A stretch of 64,000 nucleotides of DNA from Armatimonadota bacterium. GTDB taxonomy: Bacteria > Armatimonadota > UBA5829 > DTLH01. Positions 7,468 through 18,000 of the stretch are shown in pieces (position 1 is the first letter of the stretch; every line of letters begins with the position of its first letter). Made by a program: the position numbers and the translations under genes. The stretch lies in assembly GCA_039680575.1 (NCBI GenBank), contig JBDKSP010000071.1:32001-96000 (forward strand), written 5' to 3'. The notes under the pieces are model-generated. The model had not been told where the DNA came from. It did no database searches and saw only the letters and a program-made list of their open reading frames with translations.

Positions 7468-9663
7468 ATGCGCATCGTAATGCTTTTCTGCTTATCTGTT
7501 TTATCGCTTGCTTCATCCATACCGGCAAGCGCCGAACCGCTCAAAAGTAACAGCATCAGCATCACCAATCTTCTTGAAAAAGCCAGGACTGCTTCCAAAG
7601 CCGAATATTGGCCAAGTGATTCTGTAGCCGAAGACAAACTTTCGGTGTATGTAGACCCATCATCCACAGATAAGGTAGAGCAAGGGCTCGACCTCTTGCC
7701 GGGATACCAGTGGATAAGCATCAAACTGACGGATGGGACTGTATATAAGGTACTCGGACCGGATTACATAGAAAGAAGCAAGTGGCGCACACTTGCTAAT
7801 ACTGCGGATGAGGAAGAAGGAAAGAAATTCAGGCAGTATTCCGAGAAACGGCTTGCCGAATACAAAGCTGCGCTAAATTTTTCCGATGAAGAGTTGCAAT
7901 CACTTGAGTATGAAGACCCCAGCCTTTTACATGATCTTACCACCCCGTCCTCTCGTGTAAAAATAGAGCTGCTTGCCGGCCTCAACGATGAACAGACTAA
8001 CTATGCCCTAAGTCCACAAGGCTTGACGGTGAATGTTCGTGACCTGCCTGCCTCAACACAGAAAAAGCTCTTTGACAGCTTTCGAAAAAGCATGATAGAA
8101 GAATCGGCTTATAAATATACACAACTGGGTTACAATCCACCAAGCGCGACAGAATTGGAGGAGGACTTTTTTAATAACGGAGCTTTGTATTTCTCTGGTG
8201 ACTATGGGAACGTTTGTCTGCGGATAAAATCGAATATTCCGATGCTTTCAGGATGCCAAAGCTGTGTTCTATCAAGCAAGGGTATTTCTTATTCCTGGGC
8301 TCGTTTAGCGTTATTAGTCGCAAAAGGCATGTCGTGGGAAGATGCCCATACTTTCTTGGAGGCAGAGTTAAAGTATTTCTCCAAATTACGGCTTGACGTC
8401 CAGAAAAAAGTAAGGGAAAACTATTCTGCAAAAAACCCTCCCAGGTTCGGTTCGAAGAATGCTCCTGAAGGCAAATTCGATAAAGAATTTCGTGCCAGTT
8501 GTCCGGAAATCATACAACGCATCTGCAAACAGAAAGAATATTCGTTCTTTGCTTTTAAACCTCGTATGACAGGGGGAAGGCTGATTAAAGATAATACGCC
8601 ACTTGGATATGCGCTCGACCAGGCAGCAGACAGCTTGGAAGATTATGTTTGGGCTTATCAAGATGGGCAGCTAATCTTCGCTCCCAGGCATTTTGTGGAT
8701 AGACTTGCTGAGAATATACCGCCGTCCACTATAGCGAAACTTCGGAAAATCGCTCTCCAGACTAACAGCATATTTGACTTTGAAGGTCTGGTAAAGGTAA
8801 TTTCATTGCTGAATCAGAAACAGCTTGAAGCCTTGCCGGAAAATGTACCGTATGACTTGATGCAGGCACGTATATACTATGCTAATGAACCGGTTATTAA
8901 ATTTTACGCTTCCCTTAACCCATCTCAACGGAAACAGGCATGTAATGGAGGTATCTCCTGCACAGCGCTGGGAGACCTGCAGAAGGATCTATTCTACAAG
9001 GCAGTAGAAGGTATTTTAACTGCTCCAACTCCATGCTCTGAACCTGCAGAGTTTAGTATTATTGACCGTGGTTCATTCCTCACTGAAGACCCGGAAGGCG
9101 GTGAGTCCTATTTCTGTGATGAGCTGTCCGATGATACCGAAAATAGTGAAGATTACCAAGGTTTTCCAACAAACACCCCTGACCAGCATCATTTTTTATT
9201 TAGGCTCAGCCTTGCTGATGGAACAACGCAGTCAATCGATCTTCGGTTCCCCGTTCCCGGAGATAAATGCAAAATAACACAAAATGCTTCCAAATCCGAA
9301 GATAAACCAGCGCCTACACAGCCGCAGGTGCTTGCGGTAATGAAATCTCTTTCGGAATGGAACTATATTGGCCGGAGAACGCATGATGATGACAATGAAC
9401 CTAAAGCAGTCATGTCGTCGCAAAAAGGAGACAGGTCAGTAAAACGAGCGCTAAAAACAGGCGATACTCTGGAAGGCGCAAGGTTGGTTGATTTTGGAGT
9501 AACATCTGCTACATTTTCGCTCGATGGAGCGCAGATCACCTTTCCTCTAGCACAGACTACTGCGCTCGCACCATTCGATCCGAAAACGCCGACAGAGGAA
9601 ACATTGTGGATAGATATAGATGCTGCCTGGGCAGAAGCTATAAAGAAAGAGATAAGCGAGTGA
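7468..9663 (+). CDS. Secreted hypothetical protein, paralogue 2
   Basis: Same signal peptide and near-identical N-terminus, AAGGAG RBS, 731-aa ORF. Confidence 0.8.
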   Translation: MRIVMLFCLSVLSLASSIPASAEPLKSNSISITNLLEKARTASKAEYWPSDSVAEDKLSVYVDPSSTDKVEQGLDLLPGYQWISIKLTDGTVYKVLGPDYIERSKWRTLANTADEEEGKKFRQYSEKRLAEYKAALNFSDEELQSLEYEDPSLLHDLTTPSSRVKIELLAGLNDEQTNYALSPQGLTVNVRDLPASTQKKLFDSFRKSMIEESAYKYTQLGYNPPSATELEEDFFNNGALYFSGDYGNVCLRIKSNIPMLSGCQSCVLSSKGISYSWARLALLVAKGMSWEDAHTFLEAELKYFSKLRLDVQKKVRENYSAKNPPRFGSKNAPEGKFDKEFRASCPEIIQRICKQKEYSFFAFKPRMTGGRLIKDNTPLGYALDQAADSLEDYVWAYQDGQLIFAPRHFVDRLAENIPPSTIAKLRKIALQTNSIFDFEGLVKVISLLNQKQLEALPENVPYDLMQARIYYANEPVIKFYASLNPSQRKQACNGGISCTALGDLQKDLFYKAVEGILTAPTPCSEPAEFSIIDRGSFLTEDPEGGESYFCDELSDDTENSEDYQGFPTNTPDQHHFLFRLSLADGTTQSIDLRFPVPGDKCKITQNASKSEDKPAPTQPQVLAVMKSLSEWNYIGRRTHDDDNEPKAVMSSQKGDRSVKRALKTGDTLEGARLVDFGVTSATFSLDGAQITFPLAQTTALAPFDPKTPTEETLWIDIDAAWAEAIKKEISE

Positions 9664-9787
9664 ATTTCGGCACAACTGTTTGATCTCGCCGACGCTGCAG
9701 ACATCGGGAATTTGTGATATGCTGGATGTGCTTCGGGATGGTTCTTGTCCCGAAGCACATTTTTGCATGCTGCCGCGAGGAGAACGG

Positions 9788-10432
9788 GTGATTAGAGGCG
9801 TTATTTTTGACATGGACGGGGTTCTGGTGGACTCCGAGAAATATATTTGTGAAGCCGCGACGCGGATGTTTGTCGAACATGGCCTTACTATCAAACCGGA
9901 GGACTTTCTTCCGTTTGTCGGGGCTGGAGAAGACCGCTATATCTCAGGTGTAGCCGAAAAATACGGTTTTTCTCTCGATATTGAAAGAGACAAAGCCCGG
10001 ACTTACGAACTGTACGGGGAGATCGTAAAAGGCAGGCTCGAACCGCTCGCGGGCGCGCGCGAATTCATCCAAAAAGCCAGGGAAAAGGGGCTGAAACTGG
10101 CTGTAGCCTCGAGCGCGGACAAGGTGAAGGTATTGATAAACCTGAAGGAGTCCGGCCTCGCCCCGGAAAACTTTGACGCAATCGTCAACGGGCTGGATGT
10201 GACATATAAAAAGCCCGATCCTGAGATATTTTTGACCGCAGCCGAACGGCTCGGCCTTTCGCCGTCGGATTGTCTTGTTGTCGAGGACGCCGTAAACGGA
10301 GTCGCCGCCGCAAAAGCCGCAGGCGCAAAGTGTCTGGGACTGACTACTACATTTTCAGCAGAAAAACTATCTCTGGCTGACTGGATTGCGCCCAACCTGG
10401 CCGAAGCACCCGGCGAAGCTCTCGATTGGTAG
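9788..10432 (+). CDS. HAD-superfamily hydrolase (beta-PGM/CbbY-like)
   Basis: FDMDGVLVDSE, VASS, KKPDPEIF, VVEDAVNG; GTG start at 9788 after GAGGAG. Confidence 0.9.
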   Translation: MIRGVIFDMDGVLVDSEKYICEAATRMFVEHGLTIKPEDFLPFVGAGEDRYISGVAEKYGFSLDIERDKARTYELYGEIVKGRLEPLAGAREFIQKAREKGLKLAVASSADKVKVLINLKESGLAPENFDAIVNGLDVTYKKPDPEIFLTAAERLGLSPSDCLVVEDAVNGVAAAKAAGAKCLGLTTTFSAEKLSLADWIAPNLAEAPGEALDW

Positions 10433-10510
10433 TAAGAGTTCACTCTTAATGAGAATTTGTACATCAACCTGAATAACCAACACGTCATAATGTGAGGACG
10501 TCACCCTGAA
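10432..10510 (+). repeat. 79-bp direct repeat, copy 2
   Basis: Matches 4102-4180; begins at the HAD gene stop codon. Confidence 0.9.
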
Positions 10511-10588
10511 TCTATGGAACAATAGTCAGCCTGCCGGAATCAAAGAAAATGGTGCCCCCGATAAATACACTCTCAAAGGAGCGGAATC

Positions 10589-11293
10589 TTGAACAGATCG
10601 ACAGCAAACTGGTTGTTTGTAACACCTATTGTGATCGCCATTCTATTGTTAACCCAGCCAACGCTCACAGGCGGCAATGACAGAATAGACGAAACGGTCG
10701 ATCTGTTGGGGCTGGTCATAGCCGTAATGGGGCTGGTAATGCGAGTTGTATCGCGCGACTGGAAGTCATCCCATATAGCGGGCGGCCTTGTCACCACCGG
10801 ACCTTATTCTGTAATCCGGCACCCGATGTACGTCGCCAGTTACCTGGTAGGGCTCGGGTTATTCATTGTCATCGGAAACCTCGTGCTGACGCTTGTTTTC
10901 ACAGCACTTTACATTCTGGTACACGTCAAGGTCGGCAGGCGGGAAGAGCGGTTTCTCAGCAAAAAGTGGCCGAAGGCTTATAAAATGTATAAGGCGAGAG
11001 TCCCCGCGGTCATCCCATCTCCGTCGGCACTGCCTAAGCTCTTTACGAGAAGACATCCCCTGGTGTCGTCCAGGAAGGCTGCAGTCAAGCGCGAGTTAGG
11101 AACGATATGCAGTGTGATTGCCGCCGCAATTCTCTTTGAGGCCAGGGAAGATTATGTCGTCGAAGGCTGGACGCACGCGCATACCGAAATAACCTTCTGT
11201 CTCGTGCTTGCAGCATCGACTCTTTTTTTCTGGCTCATGTTCAGCATAATTCAGCGTATAACCAAAGACACTGCTTCAGCAGATCATGCATGA
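10589..11293 (+). CDS. Isoprenylcysteine carboxyl methyltransferase / PEMT-like membrane protein
   Basis: LVTTGPYSVIRHPMY, REERFL...Y..Y...VP; hydrophobic segments; AAGGAG RBS, TTG start. Confidence 0.8.
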   Translation: MNRSTANWLFVTPIVIAILLLTQPTLTGGNDRIDETVDLLGLVIAVMGLVMRVVSRDWKSSHIAGGLVTTGPYSVIRHPMYVASYLVGLGLFIVIGNLVLTLVFTALYILVHVKVGRREERFLSKKWPKAYKMYKARVPAVIPSPSALPKLFTRRHPLVSSRKAAVKRELGTICSVIAAAILFEAREDYVVEGWTHAHTEITFCLVLAASTLFFWLMFSIIQRITKDTASADHA

Positions 11294-11353
11294 AACTGTT
11301 GTCTCCGTCCTGATGCCGCTTTATAACTCGGCATCTACTGTCCGCTCAGTCCA

Positions 11354-11380
11354 GTTTTGCCTAACCGGACTTGGGGTAAC
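11354..11380 (+). promoter_or_regulatory. SigB/SigF-like promoter
   Basis: GTTT-16 bp-GGGTAAC upstream of a ferritin-like gene. Confidence 0.6.
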
Positions 11381-11419
11381 CACTAATAGCAATACATTTA
11401 TGGGCAGGTGATTACCATT

Positions 11420-11902
11420 ATGGATAGGGAATACCTTTCAACTCAACTTGCTGAAGCGCTCGGGACTGCTCAGGGGATGCGTATGATAGAGCACAAGCTG
11501 TTGAACAGCGAAGGTCTCGAGACCGGCATGAAGCGGCAGCTTCAGGATATTCACGACCAGGACGAGCAGTTGATAAACCGGCTGGAAAGAGTCCTGGATG
11601 AGATCAGCCATGGGGGAGACTTCGACGAGAGCATACAGCGCGGGCTCAAGATAGCCCAGCAGCTCATAGACATGAGCGGAAACGACATTATCGAACTGCT
11701 CAGAACGGTTATCCTCATCAAATACAGGCTGTCGGATTCTCAGGAGTTGTTCTACAACCTGTGCGAAGAGATAGGACATGACGAAAGCTGTGATATTTTC
11801 GAGGAAAACCTTGAAGACGAGGAAGACCATCTTGATTACCTGCGTGAACAGGCTATATTGATGGCCCGTGAACGGATTACAGGCCAACCAGTAGCTGGCT
11901 AG
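11420..11902 (+). CDS. Ferritin-like (DUF892-like) protein
   Basis: Helical acidic protein with ENLEDEEDHLDYL (ExxH-type) motif; start could be 11408. Confidence 0.6.
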   Translation: MDREYLSTQLAEALGTAQGMRMIEHKLLNSEGLETGMKRQLQDIHDQDEQLINRLERVLDEISHGGDFDESIQRGLKIAQQLIDMSGNDIIELLRTVILIKYRLSDSQELFYNLCEEIGHDESCDIFEENLEDEEDHLDYLREQAILMARERITGQPVAG

Positions 11903-11995
11903 TGGTTGGGGGATGAGGGTTGGCTAGCTGCCACTCATCCCTCATATCTCAATCCCTTTCCATCCCCCGATTCCCGTTCCCCTGTCGAAGTCCCG

Positions 11996-12025
11996 TTGCC
12001 CAACTCTCCGGCTCTCTGGTATAAT
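11996..12025 (+). promoter_or_regulatory. sigma70-type promoter of hisD-hisB
   Basis: TTGCCC-18 bp-TATAAT with extended -10 TG. Confidence 0.55.
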
Positions 12026-12057
12026 TTTGCAACACCATTCGAGGAGACAAGCAACGT

Positions 12058-13386
12058 ATGAAAATATTCGAGATCGGACGTGATCCTCAGTCTGAGATCG
12101 ACGCCGCGATTGCTTCGCCCGAGCGACCAGCTGCGGAAAAAATAGAGCAGGTCACAAAAGAGATCATCGCCGATGTCAGATCAAGAGGCGATCAGGCTCT
12201 GATTGAACTCGGACAGAAGTTCGATTCAGCCGAGCTAAGCTCATTATCTGTGACTGAAAATGAGTTTGCAGCGGCATACGAGCGAGTCGAACCGAGGTTG
12301 ATTGCCGCCATTCGCAGGGCTAAGGCAAGCATCGAAGACTACCACCGAAAACAGCTCCGGCAGTCATGGATAGACGTGAGGGACGGCATAACTCTCGGCC
12401 AGATCATCCAGCCGATAGAGCGCGTCGGCCTTTACGCTCCGGGAGGAAAGGCAACATATCCAAGTTCCGTGCTTATGACCGCAGTGCCCGCGAAAGTCGC
12501 AGGCGTGCCGTTTTTTATAATGTGTTCGCCCGCTCAGGCCGGCGGCGGCATAGACCCTCTGATGCTGATAGCCGCCCGTGAAGCCGGGGTCGATGAGGTC
12601 TTCAAAGTAGGCGGAGCACAGGCAGTCGCAGCTATGGCTTATGGGACCAAAATGGTTCCCAAAGTCGATAAGATCGTGGGACCGGGAAACCCCTATGTAA
12701 CCGAAGCCAAGCGGCAGCTTTTCGGAATAGTCGGAATAGATATGATCGCCGGTCCGAGCGAGATCATGATAGTCGCGGACGAAAACGCCGATCCTCACTA
12801 TGTGGCAGCCGATATGATCTCGCAGGCCGAACACGCGGGAGACTCGAGATCGGTGCTGGTCACGGTGAGCAGGAAACTTGCCGATAGTGTCTTGGCCGAG
12901 ATCAAGCATCTGAAGACAATTACCCCGCGTAAGGAGATAGTCTCCGAGTCTCTCGCCGAAAACGGAGTCATAGTGATTGCGGGAACGCTCGAAGAGTCAG
13001 CTCATATCGTCAACCAGTTCGCTCCTGAGCATCTCGAGCTTATGGTCAGCGACCCGTGGGCGATGCTTCCTCTTATCAAAAACGCCGGAGCTATCCTGCT
13101 TGGGGCTTATTCACCGGTCCCGCTCGGGGATTACGCTGCCGGTCCCAGCCATACGCTGCCGACCGGGGGCACGGCACGGTTCAGCTCGCCCGTGACAATC
13201 GACGATTTTCTGAAGAAAAGCAGTCTTATATCATATTCGAGGGATGCGCTGCGCGAAGCGGCGCCGACCGTCATAGACCTGGCTGAGGCCGAAGGGTTCT
13301 TTGCCCATGCGGACTCAATCAAGGTCAGGGTCAATGGAAAGAAGGAGAGTCATGGCACGAACGGCGGAGATACACAGGCAGACTAA
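12058..13386 (+). CDS. hisD: Histidinol dehydrogenase
   Basis: GLYAPGG, PKVDKIVGPGN, IDMIAGPSE, SQAEH, APEHLEL, GDYAAGPSHTLPT. Confidence 0.97.
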   Translation: MKIFEIGRDPQSEIDAAIASPERPAAEKIEQVTKEIIADVRSRGDQALIELGQKFDSAELSSLSVTENEFAAAYERVEPRLIAAIRRAKASIEDYHRKQLRQSWIDVRDGITLGQIIQPIERVGLYAPGGKATYPSSVLMTAVPAKVAGVPFFIMCSPAQAGGGIDPLMLIAAREAGVDEVFKVGGAQAVAAMAYGTKMVPKVDKIVGPGNPYVTEAKRQLFGIVGIDMIAGPSEIMIVADENADPHYVAADMISQAEHAGDSRSVLVTVSRKLADSVLAEIKHLKTITPRKEIVSESLAENGVIVIAGTLEESAHIVNQFAPEHLELMVSDPWAMLPLIKNAGAILLGAYSPVPLGDYAAGPSHTLPTGGTARFSSPVTIDDFLKKSSLISYSRDALREAAPTVIDLAEAEGFFAHADSIKVRVNGKKESHGTNGGDTQAD

Positions 13387-13939
13387 AGAGACCGATGTCC
13401 GAGTAAAAGTCGAGTTGGACGGCGCGGGAGAGAGTTCCATAAGCACAGAGGTGGGATTTTTCGATCACATGCTGGACCAGTTGTCCCGCCATTCGCTGAT
13501 CAACCTGGATGTGAAGGCATCCGGCGACCTGGAGATCGACCCTCATCACACTGTGGAGGATGTTGGAATCACGATCGGGCAGGCTATCGACAAGGCGCTC
13601 GGGACCAAAGAAGGCATACGCCGCTACGGGTCAACTGTGGCCCCGATGGACGAGGCGCTCGTGATGTCCGCTATCGATATCAGCGGGCGCGGCCATCTCG
13701 AATACTCGCTCGATATTCCCGCCGAGATGATCGGTGACTTCCCCACCGACCTGGTGCAGGAGTTCTTTATATCGCTTGCGAGAAACGCAAAGATGACCAT
13801 ACATATCCGTCAGCTTGGCGGTACAAACCCTCATCACATCGTAGAGGCCGCATTCAAGTCGTTCGCAAGATCGCTTGGCGAGGCTGTATCGATAAGTGAT
13901 CGAATAAAGGGTGTGCCGAGCACAAAAGGGTCACTCTAG
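13352..13939 (+). CDS. hisB: Imidazoleglycerol-phosphate dehydratase
   Basis: RQTKET, GFFDHML, DPHHTVED, PMDEAL, NPHHIVEAAFK, VPSTKG; AAGGAG RBS; overlaps the end of hisD by 35 nt. Confidence 0.96.
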   Translation: MARTAEIHRQTKETDVRVKVELDGAGESSISTEVGFFDHMLDQLSRHSLINLDVKASGDLEIDPHHTVEDVGITIGQAIDKALGTKEGIRRYGSTVAPMDEALVMSAIDISGRGHLEYSLDIPAEMIGDFPTDLVQEFFISLARNAKMTIHIRQLGGTNPHHIVEAAFKSFARSLGEAVSISDRIKGVPSTKGSL

Positions 13940-13943
13940 CTCC

Positions 13944-14786
13944 ATGCCAGACAGCGGACGGAGCAAAAAGCGTATAACTGTCGATGGCATAACGCTGGCT
14001 TACGAAGATTACGGCCGGGGCAGGCCTGTAGTATTCGTCCATGGCGTTGCCGCGACCTCTTTTGCGTGGAATTCCGTTGCCGGGATGCTTTCAGACACCT
14101 GCAGAGCTGTCTGTTTCGACTTGATGGGGTTCGGTGACTCGGACAAACCGCGTAAAGAGTCGTATACCTACAGGCGGCAGGCTGAACTGCTCCTTGAGGC
14201 CATTAATCAGCTCGGGCTGGAGCGCCCGGTGCTTGCCGGTCATTCGCTCGGCGGCGGAGTGTGCCTTGCGATACTTCAGGAGCTGGGAAATGCTCATCAA
14301 AAAGCCGTCTCCGGCCTGGTTTTGGTGGATACCGTCTGTTATCCGCAGAAGATCCCCGTGTTTCTGCGGTTTCTTAAGGTCCCCGTCCTGCCTGCGCTTG
14401 TTATGAAGGTATTTCCGGAGGGATGGGGGATGAAACACTCAGCAAGGTCTGTATTCCAAAGAGACATGCAAAGCGAAAGCATCGATATATACACCCATGC
14501 ACTCCAATCAAACGGGGCTCATTCCTCGCTTATAGCCACGGCGAAGAGCATCATACCGTCCAATCTGGACGACTTCGTGTCTTCCTACTCCCGCATATCC
14601 GTCCCGACGCGCATTATATGGGGCAGACACGACAATATCGTCCCGCTTGAGCTTGGCCGGAAGCTGGCGGAGGAAATTGGGACAGCTGGTTTTTATATAA
14701 TCGAGGAATCAGGTCACTGCCCGCATGAAGAACGCCCCGAAGAGGTTGCCCGGTTAATCGGGTGTTTTTTGGAGGATCAGAGTTAA
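13944..14786 (+). CDS. Alpha/beta fold hydrolase
   Basis: VFVHG, FDLMGFGDS, GHSLGG nucleophile elbow, WGRHD, GHCPHEE. Confidence 0.9.
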   Translation: MPDSGRSKKRITVDGITLAYEDYGRGRPVVFVHGVAATSFAWNSVAGMLSDTCRAVCFDLMGFGDSDKPRKESYTYRRQAELLLEAINQLGLERPVLAGHSLGGGVCLAILQELGNAHQKAVSGLVLVDTVCYPQKIPVFLRFLKVPVLPALVMKVFPEGWGMKHSARSVFQRDMQSESIDIYTHALQSNGAHSSLIATAKSIIPSNLDDFVSSYSRISVPTRIIWGRHDNIVPLELGRKLAEEIGTAGFYIIEESGHCPHEERPEEVARLIGCFLEDQS

Positions 14787-15056
14787 CACTTTGCGCCCGG
14801 CAGCCGTCTATACTTATTGAGTTTGCGGATTTTTGCCTCATCATTGACCGGAATCCCGCCCGCTAGAATAATCCGCCGTGAAAAGCAATGATTGGAGGGC
14901 ATCATTTCGGCTCTGCCGTGCGTATTAATTCTATGTGTTTCACGAACGAAGCTCTTGCAGCGGAGTCGACCACGACAGTAATATCAATTGAATGCGACAG
15001 CATTGTCCGCACTTCTATTACCAATTTCAGTAGAAAATTTGGGAGATGGCTCATCA

Positions 15057-18000
15057 ATGTTAAAAAGACGTATCGGTATCTTTCTGGTAGCGGCATTCGT
15101 TATTTCCATGATTGCCTCTATTGCACATGCCGGCAATTCCCCCGGCGTTACCAAAGAGGACTTGAAATACATAATGCCTCTATCGGAAGTCCGTGCTGGA
15201 ATGAAAGGCTACGGACTGACGGTTTTCAAAGGGACCAAGATCGAAAAGTTTGATGTCGAGGTTCTTGGGATCCTCCGAAAAGCCAATAACGGCAGAGATC
15301 AAATTTTCGTAAGGCTTGTCGGCGGCCCGGTAACGGAACGCAAGGCCAATATCATCCAGGGGATGAGCGGCAGCCCGGTCTATGTAAACGGCAGGATCAT
15401 CGGCGCAGTCGCATACGGCCCCGCCTCGTTCTCCAGAGAACCGCTCGGGATGCTGACGCCGATAGAGGACCTGCTGGACGCGCTCGACCCGAAACTTCCG
15501 TCTCATCCATCAGGTCTTTCCAGCCCTGCATCGACCCAGCTCAGCACACCTCTCAATGTCGACGGAGAGCTCATAACCCGCATAGAGTTCAGGGATTCCA
15601 CGTCCGCCGGTACCGCTCCGGCCAAGGGAACCCTCGTTATGACCCCGCTTATGACTCCGCTTATGGTAAGCGGAATGAGCAACCGGAGCATTGCCGGTCT
15701 CAGCAGTATATTCGCACCCTACGGAATGATCCCTATGGCCGGACCTGGGGCAAAGGCTGATCCTGTTCAGGTCGAACTCAAGCCGGGTTCATCCGTTGGG
15801 GTGTCGCTCATCACCGGAGACATCGATATGACCGGTGTGGGAACTGTCACTTACCGAAGAGGCAACAAAATTGTGGCATTCGGCCACCCTATGCTCGAAG
15901 TCGGTCCCATCGATGCGCCTATGACCACCGCATGGGTACACGATGTCTTCCCGGATTATGAAATCTCATTCAAGATCGCATCACCGATGAAGACCGTCGG
16001 TCGGATATTCGAAGACAGGCCGTGGTCCATCGGCGGAGAGATCGGCAAAATGCCCAGGATGATCCCCGTTACGGTGGATGTAGACGACAAAGCAATCGGC
16101 AGGAAGCGCACTTTGAACGTCAAGGTAATCAACCATCCTGCTCTCGCGCCGAAACTGATCTTGACAGCCGCATCGGAAGCCATCACCCAGGTACATGGAA
16201 TACCAAGCGATGCAATGGCTACGGTCGACCTCACGATAGATGCGGACCAGGTCGGTAAGATCGAGCGCAGGAATGTGTTTTTCAACCCATCGGAAATCGA
16301 AGTAGAGGCGATGGGTGACCTTCAGGACCTGCTCAGCATTCTGGCCGGAAACCGCTTCCATCCGGTGGATGTCAAGTCCGTCCACATGTCGGTCAAGATC
16401 GAATCCGGACGCAAGACGGCGTCTATAGAACGGATATTTATCCCTAAAAACGAGTATCAACCCGGCGAGACGATCAATGTAGGCGTTGACCTCAGGCCGT
16501 ATAAAGGTGAGAAGTTCACGAAGTTCATCAAGGTGAAGCTGCCGGAAAATATACCGGACGGCAAGCTCAGCCTGAAGGTTGCCGGCGGGATCGCCGGTGG
16601 AGACAGCCAGACTATGGCGCTGAGCGCCATTGACGGTAACACCGCCAAGGTGTCTCCCGCAGCGGGCGGCGGTGCCGAAAACATTCGACAACTCATCGAC
16701 AAGTATCTGGAACGCGATCAGAACAACGACCTGATCGCCAGGCTGCAGCTTCCGACTATGGCGCTGAATGTCGATGGAGAGAAGCTGACTGATCTTCCCG
16801 ATTCCATCGCAAACGTGATGAAATCGACCAAAACTACCGGTCTCAAGCTGGAGCGCGATGAGATCAAAACCGTAGAGCAGATGGACTGCATCGTGACCGG
16901 CACACAGTCGCTTACTATCAAAGTCGAGAGCCCGCAGACGAATGAGAAACCGGCTTCGGACCAGCCGCAGGTAGCTCCGTCAGCACCGCCACAGCCCGCA
17001 TCTTTGGCGTCCGCTGAGGATATCGCTCCTGTGGCTGACGGTTCTGAAGCATTCTATGCAAACCGGGCAATCGAGCTCCCTGAATTGTCGAATGTCCCGA
17101 TGGCTGAGGTTTCGACCACCACCGAGATCGAAAAGAAGAGCGCTCCAACCGCGGCAAAACCGGCGAATGGGAATGGAGTCAAGTCAGAAGCGGCGTCCGG
17201 CGCAAAAACACCGGAAGCCAAGCCGGAACAAAAACCCGCGGCATCGAGTGAAGAAAAACCTGTAGGCAGGCAGCCGAGCGTCTGGAAACAGAGCAGCCTG
17301 AAAGAGTTCTCCGCTGGTAAGTTCGAGTCCACAGCGGCAACCGATGCCAACGACATCCGGCTGATCCAGGCAATGGACAAGCTCTCCGATCTGTCCGCGG
17401 ACTATGTATGGCAGGTAATCCCGGACGGTAACGGCGGAGCGTTCGCTGGCACAGGCAGCAACGGGATTATCTACAGGATAAATAAAAACGGCACAAGCTC
17501 CGTCTTCTTCAAGACCGGAGAACTTCAGGTACACAGTCTTGCAAGAGACTCCAAAGGAAATATCTATGCCGGGACATCGCCCAACGGCAAAATTTTCCAG
17601 ATAAGCCCGGATGGCAAGGGTAAAGTGGTCTTCGACGCGGAGCAGAAGTATATAGTGGCGCTGGCCGCAGACGAAAGCGACAATGTATACGCCGCGACGG
17701 GCGACGCCGGTATTATCTACAAGATCACTCCTTCGGAGCCGGCCAAAGAGTTCGTGAAGCTGCCCAAGGATTCCGTGCTTTCGCTTATAATCGGCAAGAC
17801 TGGCAACCTCTATGCCGGTACCGGAAACGGCGGCGTGGTCTTTGAGATTACGCCTGATGGGACTGCTTCTCCGGTCTACAACGCATCGGAAGATTCCATA
17901 ACAAGCCTTGCGGCGGACGGACTCGGCAATATTTATGCAGGTACCGGATCGAGCAAGGGTATGATCTACAGGATCTCCCAGTCAGGGACGGCCAAGCCTG

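Noticed and set aside
5257..9663. Diversity-generating retroelement explaining the paralogue repeats
   Set aside because: No reverse transcriptase in the window, and differences are not adenine-specific or confined to a C-terminal variable repeat.
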